A stretch of 28,402 nt of DNA, taken from a virus. Lineage: Duplodnaviria; Caudoviricetes. Within the stretch, counting starts at the first letter, position 1; each line of letters starts with the position of its first letter. Under the pieces are notes generated by a model. The model saw nothing but the letters and a program-made list of their open reading frames with translations, did no database searches and was not told where the DNA came from. Below are positions 1 to 8,387 of this stretch, piece after piece. Where the stretch lies: the IMG/VR virus record IMGVR_UViG_3300024187_000021, positions 1 to 28,402 of that record; one strand, given 5' to 3'. The position numbers were made by a program, and so were the translations under genes.

Positions 1-41
1 ACCACCAGCCCCGCCTGAATGACGCGATCGATCTGTCTCAT
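1..41 (-). CDS. 5' end of a gene running off the window (MRQIDRVIQAGLV...), possibly a membrane/lysis protein
   Basis: ATG at 41 overlaps the TGA at 38-40 (ATGA), with a GGAGG Shine-Dalgarno just upstream. Only 13 codons visible. Confidence 0.55.
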   Translation of the reverse strand, partial: MRQIDRVIQAGLV

Positions 42-202
42 CGGTCCTCCCATCGTGGTAGTGGTTCAAATAGTAACTGCTGGATGTACGCCGCATCGTC
101 GCCGCGCCCGGTCTGCCGCAGCATCGCCAAGTACGCCCGCAAGAGTTCGAGCCGCACCGGGGACACGATCGCCGGGGCGTCAGATGCCGGTGAAGTAGGC
201 AT
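38..202 (-). CDS. Hypothetical protein, 54 aa (MPTSPASDAPAIVSPVRLELLRAYL...WEDR), not in the ORF track
   Basis: Translated by hand. Fills the gap after the hydrolase gene and its stop overlaps the next ATG. Confidence 0.55.
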   Translation of the reverse strand: MPTSPASDAPAIVSPVRLELLRAYLAMLRQTGRGDDAAYIQQLLFEPLPRWEDR

Positions 203-1433
203 CCGCGTGATCGGTGGTCTCGCCGTCGTACACGTCCGCCTTCTCGCCCTGCAGCGAATGAAAGATCCGCAGCGCCGGGCCCGTCCTCGAGGCCAGCCCG
301 ACCAGCCGGGCCAGTTCGCGCGTCACGCCGGCACTGCCGTTGCTGCCCATGCGGATCGGTTCCGAGATGAACACCGGCCGCCCCGCCTTGTAATACACGT
401 TATTCACGCAGGCGCAATCGAGGACCGTGGCCGCGCCGTCCCGGGGCGTGTGCAGATCCCCGCAACTGCGATCGCCGCCCCAGTCCGATCCGTCTGGGAA
501 CGTCCCCGCGCTCCACGCCGGATCGTCGACGCCATAGTCCAGCGCCGCCACCGGGCAGAAGTCCGGGAACGCCAAAGCATGCGGATTGATGTAGTTGTAC
601 CCCTTCACCCCGCCCTCGTTCGTCGGCTTCAAAATCAGGTTCGGCGCCGGGCGTCCGGCTTCCAGCAGGCCGTTCCATAAATCCCGGCAGGGCTCCGTGA
701 ATTCGTACGCGGGAATCAGCCCGTGGTCTGGAAACGCCACCCAGTAGACGTACATCCCGAACTCCGCGCAGAGCGCCAGGAACGCCGGCCACTGCTCGAG
801 GTAGGCCGGCCCGTACTTCGATGGATCGAACGGGGGCGCCCCGAACAGGTTCGCTTGGACGTTCACGCTCATCCCGAACACCAGCACCACGTTCGCCTGC
901 CACCGGTCCCGCAGCTGCGCCAGCGCCGGCCGGATGTCATCGGCGCCATGCTCTAGAAACTTCCAGTACCCGGCGAAGAAACTGGCCCCCTGCAGGCGGA
1001 CCACCCGCCCCTGGCTGGCCGTCGCCAAGTCCACCCCGGACCGCGTCAGCCGCTCTGGGGCCTCGATCGGCCCCGGGCCTGGCACGGGGCCTGCCCCGCC
1101 CGTCACGCGCGTCAGGAGCTCCACCGGGGGCCTGCTGACGCCATCCTTCGGCACCTCCCGCAGGACGTTCCCATCCCGTGTGAACCGTTCCCACGGCCCC
1201 GGCTGGCCCGGATCCGCCACCGGCCGGGACTCCCAGCGGCCGTCCGGCTGAATCGACAGCCACTGCTGGCCATTCGGGCTCCGCACCGCCACGGTCCCGT
1301 CCCCTTGGTCGATCACCGTCCAGGTCTCATCGCCCCCCTGGGCGTTCACAGGCCGGGATTCCAGCCCCTGGTCCAGATCCCCGAACCGGGCATTGACGAT
1401 GACATTGGCGATCGCCGTGGTCAGTTCAGCCAT
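180..1433 (-). CDS. Fascin/beta-trefoil-like N-terminal module + Pro/Gly linker + clan GH-A (GH5-like) TIM-barrel glycoside hydrolase
   Basis: Start reassigned to MAELTTAI (1433), just after the endolysin stop. ETWTVIDQGDGTVAVRSPNGQQWLS...GPWERF resembles fascin-type repeats. GGAGPVPGPGP linker. TNE and VFISEP are spaced like GH-A acid/base and nucleophile glutamates. Confidence 0.6.
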   Translation of the reverse strand: MAELTTAIANVIVNARFGDLDQGLESRPVNAQGGDETWTVIDQGDGTVAVRSPNGQQWLSIQPDGRWESRPVADPGQPGPWERFTRDGNVLREVPKDGVSRPPVELLTRVTGGAGPVPGPGPIEAPERLTRSGVDLATASQGRVVRLQGASFFAGYWKFLEHGADDIRPALAQLRDRWQANVVLVFGMSVNVQANLFGAPPFDPSKYGPAYLEQWPAFLALCAEFGMYVYWVAFPDHGLIPAYEFTEPCRDLWNGLLEAGRPAPNLILKPTNEGGVKGYNYINPHALAFPDFCPVAALDYGVDDPAWSAGTFPDGSDWGGDRSCGDLHTPRDGAATVLDCACVNNVYYKAGRPVFISEPIRMGSNGSAGVTRELARLVGLASRTGPALRIFHSLQGEKADVYDGETTDHADAYFTGI

Positions 1434-1443
1434 AAGAGTTCCT

Positions 1444-1905
1444 CTATTCGAAGAGCCGCCGGACGCCCAGCACCTGGCTGACGGGGAACGGCGCCAAGGA
1501 CACCGCGTTCCCCTGATTCCCGGCCAAGACCTGGACCCGATCGCCCTGCAGGCCGCCAAAGAATCCCACGTGCCCGGGCGCTTGCAAAACATCCGGCCCC
1601 GGCTGCTGCCCGTCGCCCCGCTTCAGAATCACGATATCAAACCCGACTTCCGCATCTGTCAGGTCGATCGCCCGGCCCACCTGCAGGTTCGACCGCGCCG
1701 CCAGATTCTTCGACCGCGGCAGCCGCAGCAGGTGGCAGACGAAGTTCACGAACGCCGAACACCAGGCCACTTCGTCATGCGCCGGCCAACTGACGTCCAG
1801 CTGCAGCATCGCCAGGATGAACGGGCTGTCTTGGTCGCCCGGCAGTTCCTTGATGCCCACGAACCGCTGGGCCAGATCGAAGGCTGTGATTTCAATTTTT
1901 CTCAT
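1444..1905 (-). CDS. TIGR02594-family (CHAP/NlpC-P60-like) cell wall peptidase, probable endolysin
   Basis: Motifs DEVAWCSAFVN, GHVGFF and VLAGNQGNAV (Cys-His catalytic pair); located in the lysis region. Confidence 0.9.
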   Translation of the reverse strand: MRKIEITAFDLAQRFVGIKELPGDQDSPFILAMLQLDVSWPAHDEVAWCSAFVNFVCHLLRLPRSKNLAARSNLQVGRAIDLTDAEVGFDIVILKRGDGQQPGPDVLQAPGHVGFFGGLQGDRVQVLAGNQGNAVSLAPFPVSQVLGVRRLFE

Positions 1906-2266
1906 GGGTCAGCATCACCCGTTCCAGGACCCCGAGCCGCCGTTCGCAATCCCGCAGCATCGCATCGATCGCCGCCTGCCGTTCCATCTGGGCCCCGATC
2001 CGTCCCTGCATCTCCGTCCCGTGTTCGCTGGCTTTTTCATGCAGGCTCCGAATCTCGGTCCAGAGCCGATCGAACTCTTCCTGGACCCGGCTGGCCCGTT
2101 CCTGCCGCAGCGCTTCCGATTGCAGCAGCAGCGCATCGTCCCAGATGCCGTTCTTCGGCCGGGGGGCGCTCCGCCGCTCGAGCTTCGCCGCCAGCAGCCA
2201 CGTCGCCGTGACCACCGCCTGCAGCACGGCCCACCCGAACAGCAGCCACCCCCGCAGTGATTCCAT
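1892..2266 (-). CDS. Membrane-anchored coiled-coil protein, holin-like candidate (124 aa, MESLRGWLL...)
   Basis: Start reassigned to ATG 2266. One N-terminal hydrophobic helix followed by a charged coiled-coil; overlaps the endolysin start. Confidence 0.65.
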   Translation of the reverse strand: MESLRGWLLFGWAVLQAVVTATWLLAAKLERRSAPRPKNGIWDDALLLQSEALRQERASRVQEEFDRLWTEIRSLHEKASEHGTEMQGRIGAQMERQAAIDAMLRDCERRLGVLERVMLTHEKN

Positions 2267-2289
2267 GCACCCTAGGTCTCTCTCTAAAA

Positions 2290-2406
2290 TTAGCGCAGTA
2301 ACTGAATGGCTTCGATGATCGCCGTCGCGCAGGACACCCAGAAGAGCGCCACCAGCAGCCCCCGGAAGGGCCGCCAGCGCAGCAGGTCCGGCGGGGGGGG
2401 CCTCAT
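2290..2406 (-). CDS. Small single-TM protein, 38 aa (MRPPPPDLLRWRPFRGLLVALFWVSCATAIIEAIQLLR), not in the ORF track
   Basis: ATG overlaps the upstream TGA (ATGA); hydrophobic core; fills the gap in the lysis cassette. Confidence 0.55.
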   Translation of the reverse strand: MRPPPPDLLRWRPFRGLLVALFWVSCATAIIEAIQLLR

Positions 2407-2901
2407 GCCCCACCGCCCCGCAGCAGCGCCAGGGGCGCCCCCAGCAGCCCCAGGACGCCCACCACCAGCCCGACGAGCCCCACCGCCCAGCCATAGCCGT
2501 CCCGGGCCCCCTGGCGGGCGGAGACCGTCCCCGCTTGCGTGGCCTTCACTTCGTCCACCGGTTTCGTCAGTTGCACGATCTTCTCGTTCAGGCCCACCTG
2601 AATCACCAGCACTTCCGACCGGGGAATAAAGGTGCGCTGCTGGTCCCCCAACTGCTGCCGGAATTCGTTCACCCCTTCGAACCGCTTTTCCGTCGCCGCC
2701 TCCGCCTTCACCACGGCCCTGTCCAGCGCTTCAAACTTCGTATCACTCAGTTTCTGCTGGGCCACCAGCGCCGTCCCCAGCGCCTGTTCCGAGGCCGCGA
2801 ACCGCTGTTCGTTACCGCTGGTCCGCCGCCGCGAAGAGCGCCAGGACGTGTTCGAGCGCCGTATCCACCGACCAGCGTGGGACGCGCGTGCTATCCGTCA
2901 T
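2403..2901 (-). pseudogene. Coiled-coil protein with C-terminal TM helix (lysis region), interrupted by an apparent 1-nt insertion at ~2813
   Basis: ATG 2901 overlaps the upstream stop and reads MTDSTRVPRWSVDTALEHVLALFAAADQR-TAA. Removing one A (TAAC to TAC) gives DQRYEQRFAASEQALGTALVAQQK, continuous with ORF 2403-2765. Confidence 0.7.
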
Positions 2902-3203
2902 TCAGCCTTATGAGTCGGAACCGGCACGGGCACCAATTCCAGCTTGTCCGTGATCTGGTAGCCAGCCGGCGTCACCGAGGCCACGTACTGCTGAAGCGCC
3001 GCCTGAGCCTTCTGATACTCACTGGTCGCCTGCTGCGCGCGCAGTTGCCAGATTTCCACGTCCTTCGCCGCGCTCTGAATCGTCAACTTCTGCACGTCAG
3101 TCAGCGCCGGTACCTTCTGGCTGGCGCTCGTTTCCTGCCCATGAAGCACCGAAAATAGACCGACGACGACAACGACGACGATGAGCCAATAGATGCGTTT
3201 CAT
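2898..3203 (-). CDS. Signal-peptide or TM-anchored coiled-coil protein, 101 aa
   Basis: MKRIYWLIVVVVVVGLFSVLHG|Q N-terminus, Gln/Ala-rich helix; stop overlaps the next start. Confidence 0.8.
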   Translation of the reverse strand: MKRIYWLIVVVVVVGLFSVLHGQETSASQKVPALTDVQKLTIQSAAKDVEIWQLRAQQATSEYQKAQAALQQYVASVTPAGYQITDKLELVPVPVPTHKAE

Positions 3204-3219
3204 GGATTGATGATGTCCC

Positions 3220-4530
3220 TTAATTCGTGGCCCGATACTCGAACCGAACCGTTAAGCCAGTTGTATTTGTCAAATCTCCGGTAACCAAAAAAGCACTGGC
3301 GGTCCCGGCCGTCTGTCGCCCGACGATATATGCCGCAGTGCCGTTCGGCAACACATAAGCCGCGAGAGACATCCATGTTGTATTGAACCCGCTGAAATAC
3401 GACACAAGGCCGGCCACGTTAAGACCGGCAATGTTCTCGGCTGTAAAAGGCAACCCCTGCACCTGCACGTTTCCGGTGATCGTGCCCTTCGCGGTGAGGT
3501 CTATTTCCGCATAGGCCGTGACAAACCGCCCAATCTTGACGTAGCGGCCCAGTTGCGTCCCGTACGTTTGCCCGCTCGTTCCACCATCGCCGCCGATCAC
3601 CGGCGTCCATGATCCTTCTTCATAATCATCGAGCGTGTTCACATCCGCCGACGCATTCTGGGAAGCCGGGAACTTGAATTGCCCCGCAGATGCGCCGGAC
3701 GCGTCCACTAATCCCAGCGGGGACAAGGCGCCGGTCACGCTCACCGTCGAACTAAACGTCGCCGCGGCTGCCGCAATCGTCCCAGTCATCGTCGGGCTGC
3801 CACTTTTGACATAGTTCCCGGTGCCGGTGATTGCCGCAGTGGTCAGCGCCTTACTGCCGTCGAGCTCGAGCGTCTGGGATGCGGTACCAGACGAGAACAC
3901 AGGCGCCGCCGTGAATGTGGCCACACCCGTCACGCCTAGTGTCCCGCTCAGGGTTTCGTTCGCGCCTCCAATCGTCCCCGTCAGCGTGGGGCTGGCGCTT
4001 TTCACATAGTTGCCGGTGCCAGTAATCGCCACGGTAGTCAGCGCCTTGCTGCCGTTCAGTTCGACGGTCTGTGAGGCCGTGCCGGATGAAAAGACCGGCG
4101 CCGCGGTAAACGTCGCCACACCCGTGACGCCCAGCGTGCTGGAAAACGTCCCCGTGGTGGCCGCCAGGCCACCGTTTAATGTCTGCAGCCCCGTGAACGT
4201 GTTCGTGCTCAGGCTGGCCAGCGTCGACGGAATTGTGAGGTTCGCATCGGGGATCGTCCACGTCCGCGTGGTGCTGGTACTCAGGCCGGACAACTGAAAC
4301 GCCAGCACCCGCGTGGGGTTCGCATCATCCGCGATCAGCCCGAACGCATCAGATAGGGGCTGACTCGCCGCCGAAGGCGCCGTGCAGACGAAGTTTGACG
4401 CGCCGGAATTCCAGATCAGCGTGTAGCCGTTCGAACACGCCGGCACGGGGGATGGCACGATGACGGCCTGGGCATATACCGCCTGGGCCAGCGTCAGCAG
4501 TGCAGCAACAATCAGCAGGATGCGCTTCAT
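3220..4530 (-). CDS. Tail fibre / receptor-binding-like protein with predicted signal peptide
   Basis: Thr/Gly/Ser-rich shaft. C-terminal NTLDDYEEGSWTP...GRYVKIGRFV motif typical of phage fibre tip domains. Located at the end of the tail module. Confidence 0.8.
   Translation of the reverse strand: MKRILLIVAALLTLAQAVYAQAVIVPSPVPACSNGYTLIWNSGASNFVCTAPSAASQPLSDAFGLIADDANPTRVLAFQLSGLSTSTTRTWTIPDANLTIPSTLASLSTNTFTGLQTLNGGLAATTGTFSSTLGVTGVATFTAAPVFSSGTASQTVELNGSKALTTVAITGTGNYVKSASPTLTGTIGGANETLSGTLGVTGVATFTAAPVFSSGTASQTLELDGSKALTTAAITGTGNYVKSGSPTMTGTIAAAAATFSSTVSVTGALSPLGLVDASGASAGQFKFPASQNASADVNTLDDYEEGSWTPVIGGDGGTSGQTYGTQLGRYVKIGRFVTAYAEIDLTAKGTITGNVQVQGLPFTAENIAGLNVAGLVSYFSGFNTTWMSLAAYVLPNGTAAYIVGRQTAGTASAFLVTGDLTNTTGLTVRFEYRATN
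3775..4137 (-). repeat. Intragenic duplication, period 195 nt / 65 aa (TLGVTGVATFTAAPVFSSGTASQT.EL.GSKALTT.AITGTGNYVKS.SPT.TGTI x2)
   Basis: Copies at ~3970-4137 and ~3775-3942; near-identical protein with many synonymous changes. Confidence 0.92.
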
Positions 4531-4542
4531 CAGGTTTTCCTA

Positions 4543-6960
4543 TTAAAAACAGTCCGTGATAATCCCGCGCTCGATCACGATCGTGCTGGGGCTGGAACAG
4601 GTGCCATCATAGCCGTTCGTCTTGCGATACATGTGGCCTTGGCCGGTGCTAAACACCATCGGGTAATCGTTCGACGTCGTGGTCGAAGGGCTGAGGTAGA
4701 TATCCCCACTGGCGCGCACCGTCCCTTGAAGGTACACGCTCGATCCCGTCAAAAACGCATCGCCACTGGTGGCCGCCAGGATGACATCGTGGCCAGCCGT
4801 CAACGTGAAGGTCGACCCATTCGTATAGATTTCGGTGCCATCCGTCCACCGCAGCATGTTCGCCGTGCCCGATCCAGCTGTGAGCAGAAACCCACTCCCA
4901 TCCATCGTCAGCGCGCCGCCGCCAGCCGTGATCGTTGAACCGCTGATTGTCACGCCCGTGATCGTGCCAGCCGTCACCGTGCCCATGTTCGCGGTGATCG
5001 CATCCAGCGTCGATACGTTAATCTTCGAGGCCGTCACCGACCCCGCCGCCAGTTCCGTGGCCGTGATCGTGCCCGCGGCAATCTGTGAGGCCGTGATCGT
5101 GTTCGCCGCGATCTTGGCCGCCGTGATCGTATTCGCCGCGATCTGTGTGGCCGTGATGCTGCCGGTGGTGATATTCCCGCCAGCGATGCTGGTGATGCTG
5201 GCCCCGTTCCCCGCCAGCGTGCCGGTGATCGTCAGGCTGGTCCCGTTCCACTGCAGGGCGCCGCTCGAGCCACCCAGATAGAACCCGCCCGTGTTGTCCA
5301 TGTAGGTTTTCCACGCCGCGCTGGCGTAGTACCCTAAATGATCCGACCCGAGGAAGAGCCCCGACCCGCTTGGCGTGGCCGTATGCGGCAGCAAAGGGTT
5401 CCCGTTGCTATCGATCCCCAGCAGCCCGCGCGCCGCGCCGCTGTTCACCGTCGCGCCTGGCACACCCAGGACAGACGAAGCGTCGATACTGGTCCCGGTC
5501 ACCACGATGTTCCCCGCCACGGTCAACTGCACGCCGTCCCAGGAGATGATCTGCGTAGATCCCGATGGGTCTCCGCAGCGCCACTTGAACACGCCCGCAT
5601 CGAGCCCAGACCAGCAACCGGTCCCGCTGGTGTAGGACGTCGGCGCCGGCGTCCCCATAGAAAAGTAGGGCGTCAGGTGGTCCAGCGCCATCACCTTCGT
5701 ACTGCCATTCCACAGCGCCAGATCGACGCCGTGTAGGTCCAGCCCTTCCGTACTGGCCTTGATGTACCGGCCGTTCGTCGCCGCGTACGTGCCGAAGATG
5801 CAGCCGTATTCCCCGGTCACGCTGGTGATGCCCCGCAGGTTCCCGCAGCGTTCGCGCACGGTCTGATTCGCCGCGATCGGCGTGTCGCCGGACCACGTGA
5901 CGATCTGGGTATAGGGAGAGTTCACGCCGTACAGGCCGTCGATCGCATTGACTTCCGAAAACCCGTTCCCGCTGACGCCATAGTCCAGCACCAGCGCATC
6001 CACCGCGATCACCGTCCCGGTGGTCATCGAGCCGCCGTTCGCGATCGCCCGCGTGAACTGCCAGGTCTGCAGGCCGTCCGCCAGATCCGCGTAGCTGGTG
6101 ACCGTGCCCCAGCCATCCGTGATCGTCAGGCTGCCGCTGGCCCGTGAGAATGTCCGAATCCGAATCGCATCGCCGCTTTCAAACACCGCCATGTCAGGGG
6201 CACTGGGCAGGTCCTTGACCGTCAGCGTGCTGATCGACCCTGGGGCCGGGACCGTGAAGGGCGCCCCCACCTGGGCCACGCTCTTGGAAATAATCTGGCC
6301 GCCAGCTAGGGCCTGTTCCAGATCAGTGATGAACGATTTCGCGATCAATTCATCCGTGTAAAGGTATCGGAAATCCGCCGCGCCGGTCTGATCAATCCGC
6401 CAGCCGGTGGTCTGGGACGCGAAGCCGGGCTGGCCAATGTAACCATCCACGTCCGCGTTCCCGACGCCCGGATCCAGCGTGGACGCCTGGCCAATATGGA
6501 CACCGCCGCCCTGCAGTTGCGTCGGCCCCCCGAACACCTTAGCAGGGATCCAGCCCGTCCCGTTGTACGCCTCCACGTGGCCGCCATCGGTGTTGGCGAA
6601 GGTCCGCAGCGTGTAGGCATGGTCCGTACGAAGTTGCTGCTGGAAGAGAGTGGTGTCCAGCGTCAACTGGGCCGCCACGCAGCCGGCAAAACTCGAACAG
6701 GGCGCCGACGTCGGGCCCACCATCCGGTACCAGCCCGTGGTGCCAGCCCCAAGGATTTTTTTATAGATCAGCCCCGTGGCCGTATCGTGCCAGAGGTCGC
6801 ACGGGTTCCCCGCCTGGACGCCTTCCGGCGTCCCGCTGCCGCTCCGCTCGTAACAGGGCCCGTGGTTCAGCCGAATCTGATCAGCCGCCACGGTCTGGGC
6901 GCCGGCGCTTGTCGCCGCCAGCAGAAGCCCTGCCGCCATCAGTAGCATTCTTAGTCTCAT
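4543..6960 (-). CDS. Large tail tip / central fibre-like protein with predicted signal peptide
   Basis: Follows the hub gene (ATGA overlap). GSGTPEG...DLWHD motif, ITA..IAA decamer repeats and LDAITANMGTVTAG segment seen in phage tail tip/fibre proteins. Confidence 0.8.
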   Translation of the reverse strand: MRLRMLLMAAGLLLAATSAGAQTVAADQIRLNHGPCYERSGSGTPEGVQAGNPCDLWHDTATGLIYKKILGAGTTGWYRMVGPTSAPCSSFAGCVAAQLTLDTTLFQQQLRTDHAYTLRTFANTDGGHVEAYNGTGWIPAKVFGGPTQLQGGGVHIGQASTLDPGVGNADVDGYIGQPGFASQTTGWRIDQTGAADFRYLYTDELIAKSFITDLEQALAGGQIISKSVAQVGAPFTVPAPGSISTLTVKDLPSAPDMAVFESGDAIRIRTFSRASGSLTITDGWGTVTSYADLADGLQTWQFTRAIANGGSMTTGTVIAVDALVLDYGVSGNGFSEVNAIDGLYGVNSPYTQIVTWSGDTPIAANQTVRERCGNLRGITSVTGEYGCIFGTYAATNGRYIKASTEGLDLHGVDLALWNGSTKVMALDHLTPYFSMGTPAPTSYTSGTGCWSGLDAGVFKWRCGDPSGSTQIISWDGVQLTVAGNIVVTGTSIDASSVLGVPGATVNSGAARGLLGIDSNGNPLLPHTATPSGSGLFLGSDHLGYYASAAWKTYMDNTGGFYLGGSSGALQWNGTSLTITGTLAGNGASITSIAGGNITTGSITATQIAANTITAAKIAANTITASQIAAGTITATELAAGSVTASKINVSTLDAITANMGTVTAGTITGVTISGSTITAGGGALTMDGSGFLLTAGSGTANMLRWTDGTEIYTNGSTFTLTAGHDVILAATSGDAFLTGSSVYLQGTVRASGDIYLSPSTTTSNDYPMVFSTGQGHMYRKTNGYDGTCSSPSTIVIERGIITDCF
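5020..5172 (-). repeat. About five 30-nt/10-aa tandem repeats (SITATQIAAN/TITAAKIAAN/TITASQIAAG/TITATELAAG/SVTASKI)
   Basis: GCCGTGATCGT recurs at 30-nt spacing on the + strand; typical of trimeric beta-helical fibre shafts. Confidence 0.9.
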
Positions 6961-8387
6961 TCGAGGTACCCCACGCCCGCCACGTCGGTGTCCGCCAAGG
7001 ATGGCAGCAATTCTAATTGGTAGATTTTAGCCCCGTTCGTCAGCACCACGGTGAATTGTTCGGTCTGGAACGTCGCACTGGCCACCACCCCACTGGTTCC
7101 GACCACGAGGTTGTCCGAGACATTCCGCAGCCGAGCCCGGACCGATCCCGCCGTCGCCCGCAGCCGCACCGTGACCGTGGCGATGTTGCTGCCGCGCGCC
7201 ACGGTGTCCAGCGCCACCTGCATCCCGGGATCCGCCGGCGTGCCATCCACCGGGATCCAGCCGGGTCCGTTCGATTGCACATATTCCAGCGCGCTGCCGC
7301 CAAGGAAGAATGCCTGACGTCCGGGGCCGGCCGTCGCCGGAATCGCCACCACCTGGGAAATCCCAGACGACCAGAGCTTGTACACATCGCGCCAGCTGCC
7401 CTGGTAAATCGACCCTTCTACGGCCACCACGCGCCGCAGGAAAAGAGAATCCCCGACCACCGAGAGGTCCACGCTGACGATCAGGAAGGTGTTATTGATA
7501 TTGCGACTGGCCGCGATGATCGTCTGGGTCTGCCCCGCCTCCACGCCCTTCCGCAGCGTCTGATACTCCACCGTCGCCGGTAGGGGCGTACTCTGCACCA
7601 GCAGTTCGTCCGCCAGCGCCTGGGCCACCGTCACGTCCGTGGCCGTAGGCGCCGCGATCACGGTCTCCACCAGCCCGTGGGCCGCTTGTTCGCCCGCATC
7701 GTTCGCGATCGCCGTGATCGGGATGTCCGGCGATCCCCCGCGCACGATGACCCGGTTCGCATAGCGCCGGCTGCTGTTCACGCGGGACCGGTGAACCGTC
7801 AGATCCCCCACCGTGTTCCCATCCCCGGTGGTGATGTTGAACGGGGCCGCATGGGCCCCGATCGCGAACATCGTCAGCACCTTAGCCGCCGTGATGCGCC
7901 ACACATAGGCCCCGGACGTCAACGATACGAGCTCGTTCAAGACATCGACCAAGGGCCGATAGTCGTATGTCAATTCCGGCAGCGCTGGGCCATCGACTTG
8001 GCCAGGATCGAGCGTGACGCCATAGGTGGCCAGGTATGTCACCAGCACCTGCAGGGCCGCCTTCAGCGTCCCGGCGGGGATGACATCCTTCACCCACCGC
8101 TGATCGGCCAGGCCGTTGAAATCCGTCACGGACAGACGTGACGCGATGTCGGCCAAGGGCTGATCGCCGGCCCCGGATTCCACAATGTCATCGACGGTGC
8201 CACCAAAAATCGTCACGCCGTCCTCGATCACCACCACTTCGTCATCGAGTTCCGGCCGGTAGGCGCCCAGCAGCGACACGATTTCACACCCCAAGGTCGA
8301 TCGGCCATTCGCCGGCGCCGCGAATCCGAACCGTGACGCCTGGACCCGGCGGGGCGTCCCCTCAATGGTGACTTCGTAGCTCATCAC
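6957..8387 (-). CDS. Tail tip / baseplate hub-like protein
   Basis: Directly after the tape measure gene (start GTG 8387 or ATG 8384). IFGGTVD and YANRVIVRG motifs typical of hub/Tal-like proteins; extra C-terminal beta-rich domain. Confidence 0.75.
   Translation of the reverse strand: MMSYEVTIEGTPRRVQASRFGFAAPANGRSTLGCEIVSLLGAYRPELDDEVVVIEDGVTIFGGTVDDIVESGAGDQPLADIASRLSVTDFNGLADQRWVKDVIPAGTLKAALQVLVTYLATYGVTLDPGQVDGPALPELTYDYRPLVDVLNELVSLTSGAYVWRITAAKVLTMFAIGAHAAPFNITTGDGNTVGDLTVHRSRVNSSRRYANRVIVRGGSPDIPITAIANDAGEQAAHGLVETVIAAPTATDVTVAQALADELLVQSTPLPATVEYQTLRKGVEAGQTQTIIAASRNINNTFLIVSVDLSVVGDSLFLRRVVAVEGSIYQGSWRDVYKLWSSGISQVVAIPATAGPGRQAFFLGGSALEYVQSNGPGWIPVDGTPADPGMQVALDTVARGSNIATVTVRLRATAGSVRARLRNVSDNLVVGTSGVVASATFQTEQFTVVLTNGAKIYQLELLPSLADTDVAGVGYLE

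Noticed and set aside
3220-4530. Possible diversity-generating retroelement target in the fibre gene
   Set aside because: No reverse transcriptase in the window, and the repeat copies differ at synonymous positions rather than specifically at adenines.
5020-5172. 30-nt periodic repeats resembling a CRISPR array
   Set aside because: In-frame coding repeats with no unique spacers and no cas genes.
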